Assembly (NCBI GenBank): GCA_963793425.1
Contig: CAWCAG010000001.1
Span: forward strand, 96,001 to 160,000
DNA length: 64,000 nt
From: an uncultured cyanobacterium
GTDB taxonomy: Bacteria; Cyanobacteriota; Cyanobacteriia; Cyanobacteriales; CAWCAG01
Direction: 5' to 3'
Under the pieces are notes generated by a model. That model saw nothing but the letters and a program-made list of their open reading frames with translations. It ran no database searches and had not been told where the DNA came from. Positions 21,730 through 30,166 of this stretch are shown here, piece after piece. The first letter of the stretch is position 1. Every line of letters starts with the position of its first letter. The position numbers and the translations under genes were made by a program.

Positions 21730-21771
21730 TTACTTATTACTTGTTACTTGTTACTTATTACTTATTACTTA
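21730..21771. repeat. Heptamer tandem repeat (TTACTTA/G)n, STRR-type
   Basis: About 6 units; same unit at 24050, 30145, 37356 and (reverse) 38173. Confidence 0.85.
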
Positions 21772-21810
21772 ACCAAATCTCTGGAGCAAAAGCCAACAAG
21801 CAAATTACTA

Positions 21811-21894
21811 TGGGGGTGGAGAGACTTGAACTCTCACGACCTTTACGGTCAACGGATTTTAAGTCCGTAGCGTCTACCATTCCGCCACACCCCC
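21811..21894 (-). tRNA. trnL: tRNA-Leu(TAA), intron-less
   Basis: GGGGGTGTGGCGGAATGGTAGACGCT ACGGA-CTTAAAA-TCCGT, variable arm, GTTCAAG. Confidence 0.97.
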
Positions 21895-22035
21895 TTGAGG
21901 TGGTTAAAGAAATTTATTGGTTGAATTAAATTTCTCCATTTGTATATTCCAACATTATCTGGGCTTCTGTGCAACCTTTCTGAACAAATAAATTATAATT
22001 TTCCTTTAAAATAGAACAAAGATACTATTTTTGTT

Positions 22036-22692
22036 ATGTGCGGTCGATTTACTCAAACTAGTTCAGCAGATGCTATTGCCACAGCCTTCAACTTAAGTGC
22101 TGTCCCTCCTCAACAACCTAAATATAATATTGCTCCCACCCAGATAATTCCAACTATTTTATACCCTTCTTCAGAAAGCCAGAAAGAATTTAAGGAGTTA
22201 CGGTGGGGATTAATTCCTAGTTGGGCAAAAGACCAGAAAATAGGTAATAAGCTCATTAACGCTAGGGCAGAAACTGTAGCCGAAAAACCTTCTTTTCGTA
22301 GTGCTTTTCGTAAGCGTCGCTGTTTAATTGTTGCTGATGGTTTTTATGAGTGGCAACACCAGGAAGAGGGGAAACAGCCTTTTTGTATTCAAATGAAAGA
22401 TGAGCAGGTTTTTGCTTTTGCTGGAATCTGGGAACGCTGGCAAGCCCCAGAAGGAGAGGTAATAGAGTCTTGTACAATTATCACTACAGAAGCTAATGAA
22501 TTGATGAACCCGATCCATAAACGAATGCCGGTGATTTTGAACTCTGAAGATTATCAGCTTTGGTTAGATCCCCAGGTAACAGAAAAAGAGAAACTGCAAC
22601 CTTTATTAACGCCCTACAATAGTGAGATGATGAAGGCTAATCCTGTGAGTAAAAAAGTTAATAATCCGAGAAATTCTTTTCCTTTCAAATAG
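22036..22692 (+). CDS. SOS response-associated peptidase (SRAP/YedK/HMCES family)
   Basis: N-terminal MCGRF, INARAET, GFYEW, IHKRMPVIL. Confidence 0.96.
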   Translation: MCGRFTQTSSADAIATAFNLSAVPPQQPKYNIAPTQIIPTILYPSSESQKEFKELRWGLIPSWAKDQKIGNKLINARAETVAEKPSFRSAFRKRRCLIVADGFYEWQHQEEGKQPFCIQMKDEQVFAFAGIWERWQAPEGEVIESCTIITTEANELMNPIHKRMPVILNSEDYQLWLDPQVTEKEKLQPLLTPYNSEMMKANPVSKKVNNPRNSFPFK

Positions 22693-23887
22693 AATTCAAC
22701 AGCAACAAGTCACCAGAGGAAACACTACCCTCAACATTACCAACAGCTAACAAACCGTTGCGATCGCGATAAGTTACCAGCCCTTGTTTATCAACAACTT
22801 TAAACTGCATTCCTGGTTCAAGTTTACCAGGATCAATGCCACCTAACCAAAATTTAGCCTGGTTGTTTTCCACTTTAATTACTGCACCGTGGGCTGCTGA
22901 TCTAGTAGGAGAATTAAAATAAACTGGTTGTTGTCCATAATCTGTATCTACTTCCACTTCTAAAGTAGGAGTTTGTCGGAAATCTTTTTCTTTGAAGTAG
23001 TTAGCAAGCTTCTCTACTGTATAGGCAACCGCTTCTTCTGGAGTAGTATTTTCTTGCCAAAGATATTGAGTGAAGGTATGGGTAAAGATCCCAGCGTAAA
23101 AGCCGTTAAGACGAACATCAGCAGCATATTGGTTAGGATTTGTTGAGGCAATGACAACTCCCTTAGCAACTCCCTCACGATAACCAGCAATGAATTCTTC
23201 AGGGGAAAGATTTAACTTACTTAACCATTGTTCTTGATAAGTTTTTTCTTTCGGAGAAACTAAAGTTTTTTCACCTCCTAAGCGGGAACGAATCCGGAAA
23301 TCATTTTTAGTAGCAGCACCAGAAAAACAACTATCTAACACTGCCGTAAAATTCTCTGTGGGGACAGCAGACATGAGCAGATAAAGGGTATGACCCATGA
23401 TATCTTCAACAATAGTTTCTTCTCGAATATATTCTCTGGGAGTAGCATCAAAAGGTACGAAAGTACCGTTTAAATTACTTTCTTTCTTGTTAGGATCGCT
23501 AACAATAGGATCGGGATCAAAAATCAGGGAACCGTGACCAGAATAGTGATAAACTGCTATATCTCCTGGTTTAACTTGGTTAATTAAATATTCTTCAAAA
23601 GCACCCAGTATCCCCTCACGAGTGGCTTTTTCGTCGAGAAGAATATGAATATCTTTGGGATTAAAACCAAAGCGGTTAATTAATAACTCTTGTTGCATAA
23701 AAACATCATTCACACAACCTTCAAGAGGGCCAGCGTATTGATATTTATTAATACCCACTAAAAGAGCAACTTTGCGGGGTGTATCCTGTGCTAAAACTTT
23801 ACCATAACGTTCCCATTTACTTAAGCCTAAAGTAGCTAAGGTAGCCCCAGCAAATTGCAAAAAATGACGACGAGATAGTTTACTCAT
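22685..23887 (-). CDS. Caspase-family (peptidase C14) protein with twin-arginine signal
   Basis: SRRHFLQ Tat motif; ALLVGINKY, GCVNDV, HYSGHGS, LDSCFSG (His/Cys dyad intact). Confidence 0.92.
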   Translation of the reverse strand: MSKLSRRHFLQFAGATLATLGLSKWERYGKVLAQDTPRKVALLVGINKYQYAGPLEGCVNDVFMQQELLINRFGFNPKDIHILLDEKATREGILGAFEEYLINQVKPGDIAVYHYSGHGSLIFDPDPIVSDPNKKESNLNGTFVPFDATPREYIREETIVEDIMGHTLYLLMSAVPTENFTAVLDSCFSGAATKNDFRIRSRLGGEKTLVSPKEKTYQEQWLSKLNLSPEEFIAGYREGVAKGVVIASTNPNQYAADVRLNGFYAGIFTHTFTQYLWQENTTPEEAVAYTVEKLANYFKEKDFRQTPTLEVEVDTDYGQQPVYFNSPTRSAAHGAVIKVENNQAKFWLGGIDPGKLEPGMQFKVVDKQGLVTYRDRNGLLAVGNVEGSVSSGDLLLLNSI

Positions 23888-23992
23888 ATCTAGATTAGTT
23901 CTCCTTTATTTAATAGGTTAATTATTGTCATACCAGATTGGTGGGTGAAAGTTTATCAAGATTTAGTGAAGAAAGAAATAATTATTCAATTA

Positions 23993-24048
23993 ATTATATT
24001 TCGTAGCCAAGTCTCAAGAATTACGCAAATCCGCCAAAATCTTTCTAG
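23993..24048 (-). promoter_or_regulatory. Promoter-like element, copy A (upstream of caspase gene)
   Basis: Near-identical to 33362-33417; minus-strand TATAAT at 23993-23998. Confidence 0.6.
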
Positions 24049-24049
24049 T

Positions 24050-24107
24050 ATTACTTATCACTTATCACTTATTACTTATTACTTATCACTTATTACTTAT
24101 TACTTAA
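24050..24107. repeat. Heptamer tandem repeat (TTACTTA/TCACTTA)n
   Basis: About 8 units directly after the CHAT-1 stop codon. Confidence 0.85.
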
Positions 24108-24108
24108 C

Positions 24109-27100
24109 CTACCATTCTCCTTGCACAGTAAAAGCAGCCCAGTGATAAGGGTCTTTTTCCGCACTATCACTTCGCCACATTTCTAATTGTGCCGCCCTCA
24201 ATGCTGCTGCTGGTTGAAGATTGTCTTGGTACATTTTTTCATAAAACTTACTCATCAACTTAGAAGTAGAAAGATCCTGCACTGCCCAAAAACTTACTAC
24301 CACCCGCTTTGCCCCGGCATACATAAAGCCCCTAGTTAAACTAACTAATCCTTCCCCTGCTAACTCTTGCCCTAAACCTGTTTCACAAGCGCTTAATACT
24401 ACTAATTCTGCTGGCAAGTTGAGGTTATAAATATTATTTAAACGGAGTAAAGGATCTTGAAATTCTCCTTCGGAGTTGTAAGCTGATAGGGCTAAACCAG
24501 AAAGTTGTGGCTTATCTTTATTAATGCAACCGTGGGTAGAAAAGTGTACGGTCTGGTAGTTGGCAAGTTGAGGACTAGTTGCCGTAGCTAGGGAAGCTTC
24601 ATGACCTAACGCTGCAAAGCTTTGGCTTTCTGGGACAAGGGCAAGAATATTTTCTGCTTCTGTGCGGGTGAATTGTAGTTGGGCTAGGGATAAGCAGGAT
24701 TCTAAAGCTTGTCTAGTTGAATCTTCTCTAGGATTTTCATAATCTCTTTCTTCTCCTGATTCATAAACCGGGTCGGCAAGGACAGCAAGTTTTTTAGGGG
24801 CAAGAGGACGACCTTTGACTTGTTTTCTCAATGCAGCAAGGCTAGAAGCGGAAGGGAGAGTAATGATTTCGTGGTTGGCTAACAGAGGTTGGGAGTTAGC
24901 GGTGGGTAGGGCAGCAAAGGGGATACTTTGTAAGATTCCGTCTCCGACGATTAAGAGACGTTTGTTTTCTAATTCTTTAGCAGCAGGGGCGAGGAGGATT
25001 TGCTGAGTTGTTGGGCAGCTTCTGGATCTTTAATATTAACGTCGGCTATGTCGTCGCGGAATTTTTGGGCTAATTTTTCTATTTCTGCTTGGGGAGGGAG
25101 TTCATAACTAGTAACTTTGTTTTTACTAACTACCCAAAGATAGCTTTGTTTTTCGCTGAGGTAATATTCTAAGAGGATGGTGTCATCATCTAGGAGTTGT
25201 TGAATTTCTTCTGTTTGTAGGGTGAATTTAGTAGGTTGGTTGATGGCAGCGTAGTTAGGGCTTTTGAGGCGGATGGTGGCTTCTACTTGGTCAAGTTTAG
25301 TTAAGAGTTCGTTGATTTGGTCGTTGACGACTTCTTTTTCTGCGTCGCTAGCACTAACACTCCTTTGCAGTTTGCCTTGATTTTCTAGGGCGGCAGTAAG
25401 TTGTTTGTTGAGTTGTTTTTCTTGTGCTAAAAGTTCTGCATCTATACCTTGACGAATGTCTACGTTGGCTTCTTGGAGTTCGGTGAGAAGTTGGCGGGCG
25501 CGGACTCTTTCGCTGTAGTGGAGGGCTTGGGCGTTGTATTGTTGTGTGGGGTTTTGTTGGTGCAACTCCATTAGTAATCTGATGTGGAAGTCGTAGTATT
25601 GTTCGATGGTTTGGTAGAAGGAGGTTTGTAGTTGGGGGTTGAAGATTTGGTTGCGGAGAAATTCTATTTTTTCGATGGCTTGTTCCATTGTTTGAGATGC
25701 AGCAATGAGATTGTTTTGTTGGTATTGGATTTGAGCAATGTTCCAGAGGGTAGTTGCTTCTCCAGCCCTGTCTCCCACCATATTGTGAAGCAGTAAAGCC
25801 TGATTCAAGTAATTCAGTGCTTCTTCCTTGTCTCCTAACGAGTTGTATACAGCACCAAGATTAGCGAGGGTATTTGCTTCCCCTCTGCGATCGCCCACTG
25901 CACGTCTCAACGGTAAAACCTGCTTAAATAGCTTTAAAGCCTCTTCTTCTTCTCCTAAATTTAAGTAAACAGCACCAAGATTGTTTAGGGTAATTGCTTC
26001 CCCATGCAAATCTACTATCTTACGAAATAAAGACAAAGCCTGATTATAAGACTCTAAAGCTTGCTCATTTTCTCCTGAATCTAAATGGATACGACCAATA
26101 TTATTCAGAATAGTTGCTTCTGTTTCGTGAGCTTCTGCTGCACGAGATATAGGCAAGGCTTGATTATAAAACTCTAAAGCTTTTTCTTTCGCTCCTAAGT
26201 CTACATAGACGCGGCCAATACTGTTGAGAATGCTTGCTTCTCCACCCTTATCTTTTACTGAACAAGATAGAGGTAAGGCTTGATTGTAGAAATCTAGAGC
26301 TTTTTCCTCTTCTCCTATGTCCGAGTAAACGCGACCAATATTATTGAGGATAGCTGCTTCTGCTCCCTTATCTTTTGCTGCACGAGACAGAGGTAAAGCC
26401 AAATTATAAAACTCTAAAGCCTTTTCCTTTTCTCCTATACGTGAGTAGACAAGGCCAATATTACTGAGAACAGTTGCTTCTTCACTTCTGTCTTCGAGCA
26501 TACGATAAAGAAGCAAAGCCTGATTATAAGACTCTAGAGCCTTTTCCTTTTCTCCTATATCTGAGTAAATATGGCCAATGTCACTGAGGGTAGCCGCTTC
26601 CCTTCTATGGTTTCTCAGTTCACGATAAAGAAGCAAAGCCTGATTAAGATACTCTAAAGCTTTATCCTTCTCTCCCTCTTCCATATTTAAGTAGACACTA
26701 GCAAGATTGCTGAGGGTATTTGCTTCCCCTTGACGGTCTTTTACTTCACGCCTTATTGGTAAAGCTTGGTTCAGATACTCTAAGGCTTTTTCTTTCTTTC
26801 CCATATTTAAGTAGACATGGCCAATGTTGTTGAGGGTAACTGCTTCTTCACGACGGTTTTGCACTACCCGATGTAGAGGTAAGGCTTGATTAAAGTATTC
26901 CAAAGCCTTTTCATCTTCTCCTAAAGCTGAGTAAATACCACCAATATTATTGAGACTACCTGCTATCCCCCCTTGGCTGCTTATCGAACGAAATAGAGAC
27001 AAAGCCCGATTATAGAACTCTAAAGCCTGTTTCTTTTCTCCTAAAATTGAGTGCAGACGACCGATATTAGTGAGGGTAGTTGCTTCCTTAAGCTGATCTC

Positions 27101-27350
27101 CTAATTTTTGCCAAAGTTTAAAGGACTCCTCAAATTTAGCGATCGCCTCCCGTAAAGACTCTGCTGTCCCCTCCTGATAAAGCCGCAAACCTTCCTGATA
27201 AGCTTCCTCGGCAGCAGCGCGAACATCTTCCGCATTTGCATCACTTTCCTGTGCAACCTCTATCGAATCTGTATTCCCTACAGCAACATTAACTGGAGTA
27301 ACAAAAGAAACCAAAAAAGCAAGGGAAATAGTAGAGAGTTTTTTATTCAT
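24109..27350 (-). CDS. Signal peptide-TPR-CHAT (caspase-like) protease, copy 1; ~1080 aa with one frameshift at ~25000
   Basis: ~12 40-aa TPR units; CHAT motifs HFSTHG and LSACETGLG; one base missing at AGC AAA TCC (copy 2 has AGC AAC ATC) joins ORFs 24969-27350 and 24109-24831. Confidence 0.9.
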
Positions 27351-27538
27351 GGTTTGGGAGGACTGCGGTAGAAAAAATTCTTGTGTATTGATACTGAAAT
27401 GTTTCTACGTTAACCTACCAATTCCCTCAAAAACTATTCAGTTACAAAAACTGTAACCTCGCCAATTGTTAAAAATATAACCTGAAAGCCACGGTTCGCA
27501 CCAGAATCATCGTAGCGATTGTCTTGACCATTCCAACC

Positions 27539-27681
27539 GTAGGGGCGACCCGTTGAGATCTACTCTGCTACTCATAAATAAATAACCTGGGGTCGCCTGC
27601 CTAACCAATAATACCCAGCAAGGGCGACCCCAAAATGTTGATTGGTAGGTGGCGAAAACAAGGGAAACGGGTCGCCCCTAC
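27539..27681. repeat. GTAG-type REP/MITE-like element with nested inverted repeats
   Basis: Perfect 16-bp IR gtaggggcgacccgtt / aacgggtcgcccctac enclosing inner ggggtcgcc / ggcgacccc. Confidence 0.75.
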
Positions 27682-27769
27682 ATATTTTTATGGTTGGATA
27701 TATTTAGCGATACCTGCGGTGGGCTTTGCCTACGCGCTAGGTATATCATCGGAAGCGATATCGCTAAAC

Positions 27770-27843
27770 AAACAGAAGTATCTAAAATAATACTCATACT
27801 TTCTGTCTTTGTTGCTTATAATTATAATCTTTGTCATAGTCTA
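27770..27843 (-). pseudogene. vapB-vapC junction relic, copy A
   Basis: DYDKDYNYKQQRQKV* overlapping via ATGA with MSIILDTSV (PIN-domain-like start), then breaks off. Confidence 0.65.
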
Positions 27844-27866
27844 AACAAAATTAAAAATCACAACTA

Positions 27867-28049
27867 ATGTCCGAAAATGAAGCGCCGGAAAATCGACATT
27901 CGGTAACAGATAAAAAATATTGCTATAAAATGTCTCGTAAGTATCAATGGACGCTTTTGAGGGTTGAGTCTAATGGTAGTCGCGACCTACCCTATGCTTG
28001 CATATTTAAAGGTAAGCAAACTAGCTTTGAGGATAAAACCTATGACTAA
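27867..28049 (+). CDS. Hypothetical 60-aa protein, overlapping the next gene
   Basis: ATG start after TATAAT-containing segment; stop overlaps ATG at 28042. Confidence 0.7.
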   Translation: MSENEAPENRHSVTDKKYCYKMSRKYQWTLLRVESNGSRDLPYACIFKGKQTSFEDKTYD

Positions 28050-28437
28050 AACCGATAGCATAAATAATTCTCAAAAGGGAGTAAGGATAGTTTTTCAAGT
28101 TGACTTAGAAGATCCAAACTGGGGAGATTGGGTAGATCCGATGGGCGGTTTAACCAGGATTCTGACGGAGCATTGGAATGCTGAAGACATCCCTCCTCTT
28201 GGCTACCGATTTCGTCAATATACTAAGCTGGAAAAAGAGGCTGATTCTAATTTCCTCAATGCTTCGACTCATAGTAGAGTAGGAGATTGGGTTGTTAGCG
28301 GGGTAGAGCGTTATGTAGCGAAAGCTAACAACTGCGAATTTAGAGAAATAGCAATCTGTACCTGTAGGTTTGAACCTGTTGAACCTCAATGGCAGAAGAT
28401 GAATCCTTCTCAAACTACCCTTACCCATTTTTCTTAA
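28042..28437 (+). CDS. Hypothetical 131-aa protein
   Basis: ATG in tatgactaa overlap; globular composition (GDWVVSGVERY, IAICTCRFEP). Confidence 0.7.
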   Translation: MTKTDSINNSQKGVRIVFQVDLEDPNWGDWVDPMGGLTRILTEHWNAEDIPPLGYRFRQYTKLEKEADSNFLNASTHSRVGDWVVSGVERYVAKANNCEFREIAICTCRFEPVEPQWQKMNPSQTTLTHFS

Positions 28438-28482
28438 AAAGCCCAGCTTTCAAACTCTAGTAATTAAATCTTGCAGCAACAC

Positions 28483-28697
28483 TCATACTTTCTGTCTCTG
28501 TTGCTTATAATCATAATCTTCGTCATAATCTATAGTTCCAAATAAATCTAGAACTTTCAACCTCTTCCGTCTTTGAATATATTTCCGTCAAGCTTCTTCT
28601 ACTATAGATCCTGGAGACAGCAAAATAATTGCAGAAATGCGTAGGCAAAGCCCACCGCAGGTATCGCACTCGGTGTATCAATCGTCAATAGTGTCAC
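28483..28697 (-). pseudogene. VapB-family (DUF2191-like) antitoxin pseudogene, copy B
   Basis: IVEEA*RKYIQRRKRLKVLDLFGTIDYDEDYDYKQQRQKV*; in-frame TGA; 5' part interrupted by a dispersed repeat at 28639-28667. Confidence 0.7.
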
Positions 28698-28751
28698 TGT
28701 CTATCTCAACTATCTCTAAACTATTGCTAAGGTAAGGGAAAATCTTAGTAA

Positions 28752-29288
28752 ATGGAATTAAGCAAAAATATATTGGTAATCGAATCTTTACTATCACCAG
28801 AAGAGTGTAGTCAGCTTATCAAAAAGTCAGAACAAATAGGCTATTGTAAAGCTGATATTCAAGTTCATAATGGTAGGCAACACTTACCTAAAATTAGGAA
28901 TAACGAGAGAGTAAATTTACACTCAGAGCAGTTAGCCCATGAATTATGGGATAAAATAGCTTTCTACTCTTTGCCTATCTATGAAGGTAGATACGCTATT
29001 GGATTATCTCCATACTTTCGTTTTTATAAATACATCGAAGGCCAAAAATTTAAAATACACCAGGATGGTCGGCAAAATGTAGAGGGAAATGAAACTTTGT
29101 TTACCCTTTTAGTGTTTCTTAGCGAGGGATTCAAAGGCGGTGAAACGAAGTTTAGGCAAGAGCGAATTTCTGTTAAACCAAAAACTGGTAAAGCACTAAT
29201 CTTTGAGCATCGGCTGTGGCATAAAGGGTGTGTACTTGAAAGTGGTATCAAGTATGTAATACGTACAGATATTGCCTACAGCAGCTAA
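28752..29288 (+). CDS. 2OG-Fe(II) oxygenase (prolyl-4-hydroxylase-like)
   Basis: RFYKY..GQKF..HQDG, GGET.F, HKG, KYVIRTD (HxD...H...R). Confidence 0.9.
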   Translation: MELSKNILVIESLLSPEECSQLIKKSEQIGYCKADIQVHNGRQHLPKIRNNERVNLHSEQLAHELWDKIAFYSLPIYEGRYAIGLSPYFRFYKYIEGQKFKIHQDGRQNVEGNETLFTLLVFLSEGFKGGETKFRQERISVKPKTGKALIFEHRLWHKGCVLESGIKYVIRTDIAYSS

Positions 29289-29298
29289 CAAATTCATT

Positions 29299-29649
29299 TT
29301 AGCTTTTAGAGAATTTATCAATACCAAATCCCGTATACTCTCGAACATAGGGAGGCTTAAGCCCAAAAACAATATCTTCTTTAGGAACTCCCATTTGTAC
29401 TAACTCTTCAGCAATGCTTTGGTCTGTTTGATTACGCTGAATCCAGATTTGCCCATTTTTAATATCTAAATGTAGGAAACAGTTATAAACACGACAGTCT
29501 TGATCCCAACCTAAATCAACAACAACATAGCGATCGCGTTTCTGATCAAAAATAACCTCTACCTCTATATCACCGTTGACAGGGGGATTTTGACCATGTT
29601 CTAATAGCAACTTTTCAATACACTGACGATAATGCTCTAGCTTACCCAT
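29299..29649 (-). CDS. xisI: XisI family protein
   Basis: HLDIKNGQIWIQ.N.T...IAEELV..GVPKEDIV.G..PP.VR.YTGF. Confidence 0.93.
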   Translation of the reverse strand: MGKLEHYRQCIEKLLLEHGQNPPVNGDIEVEVIFDQKRDRYVVVDLGWDQDCRVYNCFLHLDIKNGQIWIQRNQTDQSIAEELVQMGVPKEDIVFGLKPPYVREYTGFGIDKFSKS

Positions 29650-30056
29650 CTCACAATTTCCTCCTTAACTGGATCATAAACAATTACTTTGATGTTGTAA
29701 TATTTAACAGATGCAGATGGCAATTCTTTCTGGAAAAATGATTGATAGGCATAGCTTGGAACAGCTAAATATAAAACACGTTCTGGCTCTATTTTCTCTA
29801 AAACTAATCTATAATTTAAAAATTGCCCCAAGGCAGTGTGAAAATCAGCTAGTGCTGAATCATTTAGAAAACTCTTAACTTCCACTGCAATTTTCTGACC
29901 TTCTTTTTCTGCTCCCAGAATTTTCTCAGCACCCAGATCAATCTCAACCCTCTCCTCTTGTGCATATTCAAGCCTCAAGGGATCGTGAGTGATTACCCAT
30001 TGATCTTTTTCAAGACCTTGCTTAACTGCATTATGAAATTTATCTTTTGCTGCCAC
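29637..30056 (-). CDS. xisH: XisH family protein (PD-(D/E)xK fold)
   Basis: AKDKFH..VK..LEKD.W.IT.DP, IDLGAEK, IAVEVKSF, ALGQFLNY; GTG start at 30056; overlaps xisI start. Confidence 0.93.
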   Translation of the reverse strand: MAAKDKFHNAVKQGLEKDQWVITHDPLRLEYAQEERVEIDLGAEKILGAEKEGQKIAVEVKSFLNDSALADFHTALGQFLNYRLVLEKIEPERVLYLAVPSYAYQSFFQKELPSASVKYYNIKVIVYDPVKEEIVRWVS

Positions 30057-30166
30057 AAACCAATACTCCAAACCTAGTTTGATAATACTAGGCTATTACT
30101 GCTCAAAAAACTTGATTTTGGTTCTGAAACAATCTTTAGAAATAAACTTATTACTTATTACTTAAC

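Noticed and set aside
21723..21929. 68-aa ORF
   Set aside because: Made of a heptamer repeat plus the antisense of tRNA-Leu
17979..22692. tRNA-Leu genes as prophage or island insertion sites
   Set aside because: No integrase and no duplicated tRNA 3' end seen in the window
23945..24145. 66-aa plus-strand ORF
   Set aside because: Runs through the promoter-like element and heptamer repeat; low-complexity translation
27964..28041. TTG-started extension of the 157-aa ORF
   Set aside because: Overlaps the 60-aa gene; the ATG at 28042 is the better start
27792..28532. 52-bp direct repeats as attL/attR of an integrated element
   Set aside because: No integrase nearby, and the repeat translates as a vapB/vapC junction
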